A stretch of DNA of 64,000 nt from positions 452,727 to 516,726 of the forward strand of contig JAGWFT010000001.1 in assembly GCA_028867755.1 (NCBI GenBank), written 5' to 3'. The position numbers and the translations under genes were made by a program. The stretch is from Nitrososphaerota archaeon. Lineage in GTDB: Archaea; Thermoproteota; Nitrososphaeria; Nitrososphaerales; Nitrosopumilaceae. The notes under the pieces were generated by a model. The model searched no databases. It was not told the DNA's origin and was given only the letters and a program-made list of their open reading frames with translations. Shown piece by piece: positions 40,818-49,838 of the stretch (its first letter is position 1; each line of letters starts with the position of its first letter).

Positions 40818-41915
40818 TTAGTATTGTAACCTGTCTATTTTTCCGCTCAATATGTTGGCAACTCTCAAGGCAGTCTTGCCATCACCTAGTGATCTATTCC
40901 ACTCTAGATCATTTTCATGTGAGGTAATCACCTTTACTGCAGTTTCTACATTTTTTGGATTTAATCCTGCAAGTATGTTAGCTCCTTCTTCTATGTATTC
41001 TGGTCTCTCTGTGCTTTCACGTATTGTAACACACGGTTTCTTAAAATATAATGCCTCTTCTGGAACTGTACCAGAATCTGTAATGAGACAAAATGCATTC
41101 TTTTCTAATTTTGAAAAATCAAAAAAGCCAAGAGGTTTCATTAATTCAAGATTGCCTGGTATCTTTCTTTTCTTTATCTTGCTTAGCGTTCTTGGGTGTA
41201 TTGGATAGATGACCCTCTTCTTGAATCTCTTGCCTATTGCTTGCAAAGAAGAAAAGATTTTTTCCAACGACTCTGGAGAATCAACATTTTCGCTACGATG
41301 GGCAGTAACCAAAAAGTAATCATTTGGTTCTAAATTCATTTTTTCCATAATATTGCTGGATTCTATCTTAGGCGAAAAATAGTTTATGACATCAATTATT
41401 GGATTTCCTACAACGTATATCTTACCTGGATGGATATTTTCTCGAATCAGATTTTCTCTAGAGTATGTTGTATATGGAAGTAAGAGAGAAGAAAGATGAT
41501 CGATTATGATTCGATTTTTTTCTTCAGGCATACGAAAGTCATAGCTACGCATACCAGCTTCAAGATGAACTATCTTTATTTTGTGATGAGCAGCGGGAAT
41601 GGCAGCAAGTCCGCTATTTGTATCGCCCAAAATTAGTAAAACATTAGGCTTTTCCTTCAGTAGGACTTCTTCTGATTTTGTTATAATGTCTGAAACTTCT
41701 GGACCGTACTTGCCTGTCTTTATTTTCAAGTCATAATCGGGTTTGCGAATCTCAAGTTCATTAAAAAAGACAGAATTTAGCTCGTAGGTATAGTTTTGAC
41801 TCGTATTGATCATCACATGATCAAAATTCGCATCTAGCAGGGAAAAAATCCTGCTTAATCTGATTATCTCAGGCCTTGTTCCAAAAATGGACATTATTTT
41901 CATAAGATATGGCAT
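40818..41915 (-). CDS. wecB: UDP-N-acetylhexosamine 2-epimerase (non-hydrolysing; FnlC/WecB type)
   Basis: FGTRPEIIRL, LGDTNS, HLEAGMRSYD..MPEE.NR, TAHRSEN, TDSGTVPEE, TERPE. Confidence 0.9.
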   Translation of the reverse strand: MPYLMKIMSIFGTRPEIIRLSRIFSLLDANFDHVMINTSQNYTYELNSVFFNELEIRKPDYDLKIKTGKYGPEVSDIITKSEEVLLKEKPNVLLILGDTNSGLAAIPAAHHKIKIVHLEAGMRSYDFRMPEEKNRIIIDHLSSLLLPYTTYSRENLIRENIHPGKIYVVGNPIIDVINYFSPKIESSNIMEKMNLEPNDYFLVTAHRSENVDSPESLEKIFSSLQAIGKRFKKRVIYPIHPRTLSKIKKRKIPGNLELMKPLGFFDFSKLEKNAFCLITDSGTVPEEALYFKKPCVTIRESTERPEYIEEGANILAGLNPKNVETAVKVITSHENDLEWNRSLGDGKTALRVANILSGKIDRLQY

Positions 41916-41963
41916 GATGTTATTGCCAAATTTAAAAGGTTTTCAGATGACCAAATTAATTTC

Positions 41964-43028
41964 ATGGTTTGCACAATTGAGCAATTAAGACTTATTAACT
42001 CAATGTCAATCATTGCATTTGAGTTGGACTATTCGTCGGTCATAAATGACCAAAATATTCTGATAACTGGTGGTACAGGAAGCTTTGGCCACCAAATGAT
42101 AAAGGAACTGATGGTATACAAACCAAGACTTATCAGAATTTTCAGCAGAGATGAAGATAAACAACATCTTATGAGACAAGAGTTCGCAAATGACATTATA
42201 ATTAAGAGAATGCAGTTTGCCATAGGGGACGTTAGAGATTATGATAGGCTTTATACTGTAACAAAAGACATCGATATAATATTTCATGCAGCAGCACTAA
42301 AACAAGTTCCTACTGTGGAATCTCATCCTTTTGAGGCTGTAAAGACTAACATAATTGGTGCATACAACATAGTCAAGGCTTCTGTTGTAAGAAAAGTATC
42401 TCAAGTAGTTGCCATAAGTACTGACAAGGCAGTCAAGCCGGTTAATGCTATGGGTATGACAAAAGCATTGCAAGAAAAAATAATTCTCTCTGACGATCTA
42501 TCAAAAGACGATACAACATTTTCTTGTGTTAGATATGGCAATGTACTTGGCAGTAGGGGGAGCGTTATGCCATTATGGGATATGAAGATAGAGAAAAAAG
42601 AACCGCTTCCTATCACTCATCCTAATATGACTCGATTTATGCTAACTTTGAGTCAAGCCATAGATCTTGTCTTTTATTCTATAAAAAATGGAAAAGGGGG
42701 AGAGATATTTGTCAAAAAAGCACCTGCTGCCAAAATAGTTGATCTTGCAAAGGCATATGCACAATTGAAGACAAACAACAAAGACTATCCTATAAAATAC
42801 ATCGGTATTAGGGCAGGTGAAAAAATTGATGAGATTCTAGTTTCCGAAGAAGAGATGAGACGTGTAGAAGAAAGAAAGGATCATTTTGTGATAAAACGGG
42901 AAGAAGAATTTGATATGCAATCACTGAAAAGACCTGTTAAAGTAAAGGAATATGGTTCTGCCACTGTCAAGCATTTGAACAAAAATGAACTAATGGAACT
43001 CATGAAAAAACTCAGATGGATTACTTGA
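41964..43028 (+). CDS. UDP-GlcNAc 4,6-dehydratase (FnlA/CapE/PseB-like SDR)
   Basis: TGGTGSFG, FSRDEDKQ, FHAAALKQVP, STDKAV.PVNAMGMTK, RYGNVLGSRGSV, GIRAGEKIDE. The likely start is the ATG at 42003. Confidence 0.9.
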   Translation: MVCTIEQLRLINSMSIIAFELDYSSVINDQNILITGGTGSFGHQMIKELMVYKPRLIRIFSRDEDKQHLMRQEFANDIIIKRMQFAIGDVRDYDRLYTVTKDIDIIFHAAALKQVPTVESHPFEAVKTNIIGAYNIVKASVVRKVSQVVAISTDKAVKPVNAMGMTKALQEKIILSDDLSKDDTTFSCVRYGNVLGSRGSVMPLWDMKIEKKEPLPITHPNMTRFMLTLSQAIDLVFYSIKNGKGGEIFVKKAPAAKIVDLAKAYAQLKTNNKDYPIKYIGIRAGEKIDEILVSEEEMRRVEERKDHFVIKREEEFDMQSLKRPVKVKEYGSATVKHLNKNELMELMKKLRWIT

Positions 43029-43178
43029 TTTTATAGGCATTTTGTAAATATGGCATACATTAGAGGTTCTGCCCAAATGGATTTCTATTCATTATGGGAA
43101 ATTCTGACTCGAATTATTTCATAGATCGGTTAACAAAAACTATCAATAACTGTCAAACATATAACTACTGAGAAAGTA

Positions 43179-43673
43179 ATGAAAAATACAATGAATAGAA
43201 AGAAGAAAGGATTTAGAGGGTTCTATTATTTTAGGATGGGTTATACCACTTACTTTGCTATACTGATGGGTGCAATTAACACTTTATCTTCAACCTATTT
43301 TCTTTCCATAAAAAAATCACCGTGGTTGCTTGATATGTTTCCAACCTTTACAGGTTATGTGATTCTTCTAATCTCAATTGGTGTACCAATAGTGATTTTG
43401 ACTGGATGGTTACATCTTAAAAGAACTGGTACATATGCTGCAGAAGCTGATATTACTAATGAAGCTCATCCATATAACTATAAACTAGCACCTGGTTATC
43501 TGAAAGAAGTATTTGGTCCAACTTATCTAGCTATACTTAAGATTAACATAAAAAAAGTCAAGGGTGAAAAATTAACCAATGAAGAAATTCTTGAAATCAG
43601 AAAATTAGAAGATCAGCTTATGAAGCTTATAGATGGGGAACATGTAGGTAATCCTCCAAAAGGTGCATTTTAG
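43179..43673 (+). CDS. hypothetical membrane protein (paralog 1)
   Basis: Two TM helices; FRGFYYFRMGY...HLKRT....E....N...PYNYKL.PG. Confidence 0.75.
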   Translation: MKNTMNRKKKGFRGFYYFRMGYTTYFAILMGAINTLSSTYFLSIKKSPWLLDMFPTFTGYVILLISIGVPIVILTGWLHLKRTGTYAAEADITNEAHPYNYKLAPGYLKEVFGPTYLAILKINIKKVKGEKLTNEEILEIRKLEDQLMKLIDGEHVGNPPKGAF

Positions 43674-43675
43674 AA

Positions 43676-44161
43676 ATGAAGAAAAAATTACCATTTAGAG
43701 CTTGGTACTACTTTCGCGTAGGATATGTTCAATATTTTACATTTATCTTAGCACTTGCTAATATGTTTACAATTACATATTATCTTGTAATCACACATGA
43801 TCCATCTCTAAAGATTGTATTTCCAAGCTTTTCAGCATATGTTGTTATATCTACATTGATTGGCATTCCATTATTGGTACTTGTGGGATTTGTGCACTTG
43901 AAACGCTCACACGCATTCACATCGGAAATGGACATTTCAGTTGAATCAAACCCATATAACTACAAACTTTATCCTGGTATCCTAAGAGAATGTATGGCAC
44001 CATTGTATTTAGAATTGCTAATACTTGGACGAAAGTCTCTTTCTGATGAAAAAATGACTGAGGAAGAAATTGAAAAATTGGAAATATTGCAGAAAAAACT
44101 CGACTTCATTTCTCAAGGTGGAAGTCTCCAAACTCTGAACGCTAAAAACAAGACGTTATGA
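43676..44161 (+). CDS. hypothetical membrane protein (paralog 2)
   Basis: Two TM helices; FRAWYYFRVGY...HLKRS....E....SNPYNYKL.PG; clearly homologous to the upstream gene. Confidence 0.75.
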   Translation: MKKKLPFRAWYYFRVGYVQYFTFILALANMFTITYYLVITHDPSLKIVFPSFSAYVVISTLIGIPLLVLVGFVHLKRSHAFTSEMDISVESNPYNYKLYPGILRECMAPLYLELLILGRKSLSDEKMTEEEIEKLEILQKKLDFISQGGSLQTLNAKNKTL

Positions 44162-45036
44162 AAGTATCAATTATTATACCTGTGTATAATGCAACAAAAT
44201 ACATTGATGAATGTATTAAATCTGCATTGGATCAAACCTATGAGGATATTGAAGTTATCGCTGTAGATGATGGTTCAAAGGATGACTCACTTCAAAAACT
44301 ACAAAAATATACTGACAAAATAAAAATCATATCTAAAAAAAATGGAGGCACACCAACAGCTCTTAATTCTGGTATCAAAGTTATGACTGGTGAATGGTTC
44401 AAGTGGCTAAGTGCTGATGATTTATTGGAAAAAAATGCGATTGAAGTTTTAATTAATGAAACAAAACAACTTGGAAATAACTCGAAATTGTGTATCTTAT
44501 ACTCTAATTATGATCTAATCGATCACGACAGTAAAATTGTGGGTGAGTTCATAGAACCAAACTACAACCAACTAGGAAGCTTTCAACAAAGTGTAATTCT
44601 ACTTGATCATTACTATGGCAATGGAACTACTAGTCTTATTCACAAATCTCTTTTCGACAAATTTGGTCTCTTCGACGAAAAAATAGGATTCCAAGAAGAT
44701 TATGAGTTTTGGCTCAGATGTTGCATTTTCCATAACTGTAATTTACATTTGATTCCACAAAAACTAGCAAGATATAGAATTCACGAAGGGCAATTAACCA
44801 AAAAGAAGATAAACGAATCTTTAGTACATGCAAATCTTATAAGAAATCTTATTTTAAATAAATTACCTATCGACAAGAAAAATCTTTACCTAGAAGCATT
44901 AAAAAAATATCGAAAGCAAAAACCCATGAGTATAAGAGTCAGAAGACAAATTAGAGATATTATGATTCGAGTCTTGCCAAAAAACATGTCTAGTTCTATT
45001 ATCCAATCTTATGTGAATGGAAAAAAGACTAATTGA
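44158..45036 (+). CDS. glycosyltransferase family 2
   Basis: VSIIIPVYNA, VDDGSKD, NGGTPTALN.G, WLSADD, EDYEFWLR. Confidence 0.92.
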   Translation: MKVSIIIPVYNATKYIDECIKSALDQTYEDIEVIAVDDGSKDDSLQKLQKYTDKIKIISKKNGGTPTALNSGIKVMTGEWFKWLSADDLLEKNAIEVLINETKQLGNNSKLCILYSNYDLIDHDSKIVGEFIEPNYNQLGSFQQSVILLDHYYGNGTTSLIHKSLFDKFGLFDEKIGFQEDYEFWLRCCIFHNCNLHLIPQKLARYRIHEGQLTKKKINESLVHANLIRNLILNKLPIDKKNLYLEALKKYRKQKPMSIRVRRQIRDIMIRVLPKNMSSSIIQSYVNGKKTN

Positions 45037-46099
45037 TGGATTCAATCTCTTTCAATAATTCTTTTTGGAAATTCTCCACAGAAAATTTTTCTATATATTG
45101 TCTCAACATGGGCTTCAAATGATCATATTTACCTCCTAGCGCATCCTTAAGCTTATTGACAGCATCTTCTTTATCTTTAAATCTCAAAGCATCTATTGGA
45201 ACTGTTTCTGCAAAAGCAGAATTGTTTGGTACTATTGGGATACATCCTGCAGAGATTGCTTCTACAACGGCTATTCCAAAAGTTTCTTTCGATGGATGAA
45301 AATAGACTTTTGCTGAACCTAATGAATTTTCAATCTCGATATTAGATAGATTATAAAATAAAGATATGTTTTTTGAATCTATATTATTCTTTAAATCATT
45401 ACATAGTTTTATTTGAGAACCAAGTCTAGCATTACCAATTAATTCGTAATCAAAGTTGCTTGATTTTACTACCTGTATTGCAAATTCAAGATTTTTCTCT
45501 GGAGAAAATCTTGAAAGAGTAACTATTTTATTTTTTTTGAGATTATCAAAATACTTTGCAAATTTTTTTATATCTACTGGTGGATAAATAACCTTTGATT
45601 CTTTCTGAATTATTTTATTTATTATATTTTTAGTATAATTTGAGTTGGACACAAGTTTAACTGAAGAACTTTGTAGGACTTCAAAAGTTCTCTTAACATT
45701 TTTTTGGATTATCTTGTAATACTGACTTTTCAATCCATGGAATTTTTTATGTAAGAATTCATAATCTGCCTCAAAAGTAGAATGACAATAAAGTATAACC
45801 TTCTTTGTAGTTTTTTCTAATGAAAGTCCACCACTGCTAATAACTAGGACGTCTTCTTGATTTGCATTACTAAACAGTCGTTGAATTTCTTTCATTCGTT
45901 GATATTTCCAAAAAGATGGAAAATTATGACGGTTAGTTCTATGTACTTTAAAATTTTGTGTCTCTTCAATTACGGGAGGTTCTACTGTATATAGAGTTGT
46001 GAAATGTTCCGTTTTCTTCAAGGCATCTAAAATATGCATGGTAGTATTCTCTGCGCCACCAAATACTTTGAATGAAGGATGAATTATACCAATATTCAC
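45029..46099 (-). CDS. glycosyltransferase family 4
   Basis: GGAE, NSNYT, YPPVD, SRFSPEKN, ETFGIAVVEAISAGCIPI. Confidence 0.9.
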   Translation of the reverse strand: MNIGIIHPSFKVFGGAENTTMHILDALKKTEHFTTLYTVEPPVIEETQNFKVHRTNRHNFPSFWKYQRMKEIQRLFSNANQEDVLVISSGGLSLEKTTKKVILYCHSTFEADYEFLHKKFHGLKSQYYKIIQKNVKRTFEVLQSSSVKLVSNSNYTKNIINKIIQKESKVIYPPVDIKKFAKYFDNLKKNKIVTLSRFSPEKNLEFAIQVVKSSNFDYELIGNARLGSQIKLCNDLKNNIDSKNISLFYNLSNIEIENSLGSAKVYFHPSKETFGIAVVEAISAGCIPIVPNNSAFAETVPIDALRFKDKEDAVNKLKDALGGKYDHLKPMLRQYIEKFSVENFQKELLKEIESIN

Positions 46100-46233
46100 T
46101 ATGGATTAAATTTCAGAGCTTGATATAACTCATTTTGACTTATGTTAAATTTTTGTAATAATATAATAATATTTTTTATGTTAAATTTTTTACAATGGGA
46201 TGGTATATTTAGGAATAATTTAATTAAGGTGTA

Positions 46234-46812
46234 TTGAATTGGCTTGGAAATATAATCCAGAGACATGTATCTGACAATGATACAGTAGTTGATCTTGGAT
46301 GTGGAATAATGCAAGCTACTACAGACATACTTGAACAGATGTCTGAAAACCAAAACACCAAATACCGCATCAAGAAAAAATTGTTCAAATCTAGTAATTT
46401 AAAGTGTAAATTAATTCTTGGATGTGACTTGTGGGAAGATTATCTTAAGGTTGCAAATAGATATTGGCCAGTAATAAAACTTGGAATGAATGAATTGAAC
46501 AAACTTGTTGACAATAGTTTTGACATTGTTCTTTGTCTTGATGTTTTAGAACACTTGGAATTACAAGAAGCGCTTTACGCAATAGAACACATGAAAAGGA
46601 TTGCTAGAAGAAAAGTCATAATTTATACTCCTTCAAAGTATATTACTAATGAGGAACATGTTGATAACGCATGGGGATTAGGCGAAAATCCATATCAAAT
46701 ACACAAGTGTTTCCTTGAACCTGAAACATTGACAAATCTGGGATTTGATATATCGTTTCCAGAACCAGATAAAAATACCTTGGGAATATTCAATAAAAGT
46801 AGTACCACTTAA
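46234..46812 (+). CDS. class I SAM-dependent methyltransferase
   Basis: VVDLGCG motif I and FDIVLCLDVLEHL; TTG start. Confidence 0.8.
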   Translation: MNWLGNIIQRHVSDNDTVVDLGCGIMQATTDILEQMSENQNTKYRIKKKLFKSSNLKCKLILGCDLWEDYLKVANRYWPVIKLGMNELNKLVDNSFDIVLCLDVLEHLELQEALYAIEHMKRIARRKVIIYTPSKYITNEEHVDNAWGLGENPYQIHKCFLEPETLTNLGFDISFPEPDKNTLGIFNKSSTT

Positions 46813-46910
46813 TTCTCTAGTTATGAAAATATTAGTCTAGGTAGAATATATCCAAGACGATTCAGACCATGTATTAATAAGATCATTTTTCAAATGGATA
46901 AGGCTATTAT

Positions 46911-47714
46911 TTGTCCATTCATAACAAAATGTGTTTGATGTTAAAAGATGTAATCTGTGGTCTTGGAGAAATTGGCATGCCAATTTTCAAATTAATATCT
47001 CGCAATATGAAAATTATAGGATATGATATTAATCTACATTTATCGAATGAAAAAAAGCTTGTAATGTATTCATCAATTCCAACAGAATTACTGCATATAT
47101 GTATTCCATATAACAAAAAATTCGAAATAAATGTTCTTGATCTGGTATCAAGATTTAATCCTAGAGCTATTGTTATTCATAGTACAATAAAGCCTGGTAC
47201 TACAGAAAGGTTACAAAAAAGACTTTCCATTCCTGTTATTTATAGTGCAACTAGGGGTGTACATAAACGAATGATAGAAGATCTTAAGAGATATACAAAA
47301 TTTTATTCTGTATACAACTGGGCTCCAAAGTCAAGATGGGCAAAAAAGATTTATCAAAATAGAATGAAAAAAGCAGGAATAAAAACAAAAACAATGTCAA
47401 ACCCACTTACTCTTGAACTAGCAAAGATTGTTGTTGATACATCATACTATGGTTGGTTGATAAACTATGCTCAACTTAGCAACATGATTGCTATCAAACA
47501 TAAGATAGATTATGACGAAATGTGGTCGTATGCAGATGAGATTCACAAATATTTGGGAAACAGACCAAAGATGTTTCCGGGATTTATTGGGGGTCATTGT
47601 GTTATACCTAATCTTGATTTGATAGATGATGATGCTATTAAACTGATAAAAGAGATCAATTCTGACTATGCCATGGTCTTAAAAAACAGACAAGCACTTG
47701 ACAAGAAATATTGA
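46911..47714 (+). CDS. short UDP-Glc/GDP-Man dehydrogenase family protein (lacks the C-terminal UDP-binding domain)
   Basis: GLGEIG, GYDIN, IHSTIKPGTT, ELAK, FIGGHCVIPN. The likely start is the ATG at 46938. Confidence 0.82.
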   Translation: MSIHNKMCLMLKDVICGLGEIGMPIFKLISRNMKIIGYDINLHLSNEKKLVMYSSIPTELLHICIPYNKKFEINVLDLVSRFNPRAIVIHSTIKPGTTERLQKRLSIPVIYSATRGVHKRMIEDLKRYTKFYSVYNWAPKSRWAKKIYQNRMKKAGIKTKTMSNPLTLELAKIVVDTSYYGWLINYAQLSNMIAIKHKIDYDEMWSYADEIHKYLGNRPKMFPGFIGGHCVIPNLDLIDDDAIKLIKEINSDYAMVLKNRQALDKKY

Positions 47715-47736
47715 AAACTTTTCATTGTTATATTGA

Positions 47737-48825
47737 ATGGTATATAGTATAGTTACGGGAAAGAGACTTATGGAAACCAAGATTCATTCCAGTCTTAGAA
47801 CAGTGGAATGGAAAGATAATGTTGTTGTAATGATTGATCAGACTAGGTTACCAAATGAATTGGTCTACGTAAAATATACAGATTACAAAGATGTTGCTGA
47901 TGCAATACGAAATCTTGTGGTGAGAGGTGCTCCAGCCATAGGAGTTTCAGGTGCTTTTGGACTCGCCTTGGCTGCATTACAAAGTAAAGCAACAGATAAG
48001 GAAAGTCTTCTCAAAGATCTGGAACAAGCAAAAAAAATTCTTTTTGAAACAAGACCAACTGCAATTAATCTGGCGTGGGGACTAGAAAAGATAATGAACA
48101 TTGCAAGATCAGGAAAAGATGCCTCTGAAATCAGAAATAATGTTATCAAAGAAGCAAAAGCTATGGCAGAAGAAGATATTGAAATAAACATGCGCATGGG
48201 AAAACATGGATCTCAGTTGTTTCATGATAATGATACCATAATGACTCATTGTAATGCTGGTGCTTTGGCTACAGTAGCTTATGGTACTGCCCTTGGAGTA
48301 ATAAGAGCTACAAAAGAAAGTGGAAAAAAGATCAAAGTCATAGCCACGGAAACTAGACCTGTAATGCAAGGTTCAAGACTTACTGCATTTGAGCTAAAGT
48401 ATGATGGAATCGACGTAAGTTTGATTCCTGACACTGCAGTTGGATATTCAATGGCAAATGGTCTTGTTTCCAAAGTAATTGTTGGGGCCGATCGAATATT
48501 ACACACAGGACATGTCTACAACAAAATTGGAACCTATCAAGTAGCAATGATGGCAAAACAACATAACATACCGTTCTATGTTGCAGCACCTCTTTCTACA
48601 TTTGACATGAAAAGTGCTCCAAGTGACGTCGTAATAGAACAACGAAAAGCAAGTGAGGTCACTAGAGTAGCAGGTAAAAAAACTGCACCTGATGATATTA
48701 ATGTGATAAATCCAGCCTTTGATATGACCCCCCCCGAACTCATAACTGGAATAATAACAGAGGTCGGTGTGGCAAAACCTCCTTTTGAAGAGTCAATCAA
48801 AAAATTGTTTGAGCCAAAGCTGTAA
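47737..48825 (+). CDS. mtnA: S-methyl-5-thioribose-1-phosphate isomerase
   Basis: IDQTRLP, VRGAPAIG, TRPTAINL, THCNAGALAT..YGTALG, ETRP.MQG.RLT, NPAFDMTP. The likely start is near 47770. Confidence 0.94.
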   Translation: MVYSIVTGKRLMETKIHSSLRTVEWKDNVVVMIDQTRLPNELVYVKYTDYKDVADAIRNLVVRGAPAIGVSGAFGLALAALQSKATDKESLLKDLEQAKKILFETRPTAINLAWGLEKIMNIARSGKDASEIRNNVIKEAKAMAEEDIEINMRMGKHGSQLFHDNDTIMTHCNAGALATVAYGTALGVIRATKESGKKIKVIATETRPVMQGSRLTAFELKYDGIDVSLIPDTAVGYSMANGLVSKVIVGADRILHTGHVYNKIGTYQVAMMAKQHNIPFYVAAPLSTFDMKSAPSDVVIEQRKASEVTRVAGKKTAPDDINVINPAFDMTPPELITGIITEVGVAKPPFEESIKKLFEPKL

Positions 48826-48858
48826 GGTATTTATTCTATAGGCAAGTCAAATCAGTTC

Positions 48859-49488
48859 ATGGCAACAGTAACTGCTACACAAGTATTAGAATCTCTGAAA
48901 CAATGCATGGATCCAGAAATTCCAATCAATGTCGTGGATATGGGACTCATTTATGGAGTAAACGTATCTGATGATAACAAAGTAGATGTCAAAATGACAA
49001 TGACTACACGTGGTTGCCCCTTGCATGATACGCTTGTAAGTGATGTAAAAAGATATGTAAACAAAGTTTCAGGAGTATCTTCTGTTAACGTAGAAATAGT
49101 TTGGGATCCTCCATGGACTCCAGAAAAGATGTCAGATGAAGGAAAGAAAATAATCAACTACGGAAAACAAAAAATTGTTGCCCCAATAAACTATGAAACT
49201 GCACTACCGCAAGGAATGGGTTCTGTAGTAAAACAGGAAGATGGATCTCTTATCTTGATGGATGAAAACCAACAAGGATTCATGGTAAATCAAGCCATAG
49301 TAGATTTCTGGCAGCTTTGCAATGGGAAGAGAAAGATAACAGAACTGGTGGATGCATTTGCCCAAAAAATGGGCCTCTCAAGAGGACAAGTGGAAAAAGA
49401 GGTTCTACAATTGATCCAACAGTTAAGAGATGGAAGATTAATTATAATAAAAGAACCAGAAGTCTCTAACGTCCAATTTAAGAAATAG
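48859..49488 (+). CDS. DUF59 (SufT/MIP18-like) domain fused to a PqqD/RRE domain
   Basis: N-terminal DPEIPINVVDMGLIY...TTRGCP...VWDPPW, then a C-terminal FMVNQAIVDFWQLCNG.RKITELVDAF...VEKEV.QLIQQL helical bundle typical of PqqD. Confidence 0.85.
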   Translation: MATVTATQVLESLKQCMDPEIPINVVDMGLIYGVNVSDDNKVDVKMTMTTRGCPLHDTLVSDVKRYVNKVSGVSSVNVEIVWDPPWTPEKMSDEGKKIINYGKQKIVAPINYETALPQGMGSVVKQEDGSLILMDENQQGFMVNQAIVDFWQLCNGKRKITELVDAFAQKMGLSRGQVEKEVLQLIQQLRDGRLIIIKEPEVSNVQFKK

Positions 49489-49491
49489 ATA

Positions 49492-49731
49492 TCAAATTTC
49501 TGTAATCTCTATTATTGTACCTTGAACAGAATCCATCTTTACAATAGCTCTTTTTTTTCCAAATCCTAAAGCAACATACCAATCTCCACCATCATCATCA
49601 TATTTGGTTTCAAGAGTCTTGATCTCTCCTGCACTTACGCTATATTTCTGAACTATTCCAGATATTGCTAATGGTATCGCTTCTTTTTCAGTAGGCAGTC
49701 TTCTCTTCATTAAGCCAATTCCAGGACTCAT
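49492..49731 (-). CDS. small hypothetical protein, PepSY-like pattern
   Basis: Helix followed by beta-strands: WYVAL...AIVKMDSVQGTIIEI. Confidence 0.6.
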   Translation of the reverse strand: MSPGIGLMKRRLPTEKEAIPLAISGIVQKYSVSAGEIKTLETKYDDDGGDWYVALGFGKKRAIVKMDSVQGTIIEITEI

Positions 49732-49838
49732 GAACTCACTAGATCATAGAAGTATAATAATTGTAGTCTCACAGATCTTATTTTTTATAACCAATATTAT
49801 AAAACCTGACTAGTAATTCATGTATCTATTTATTTCTA

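Noticed and set aside
3994-49488. Link between the PQQ-type dehydrogenase and the PqqD domain as a PQQ biosynthesis system
   Set aside because: They are about 44 kb apart, with no pqqA/B/C/E-like genes; PqqD-like domains are widespread outside PQQ synthesis.
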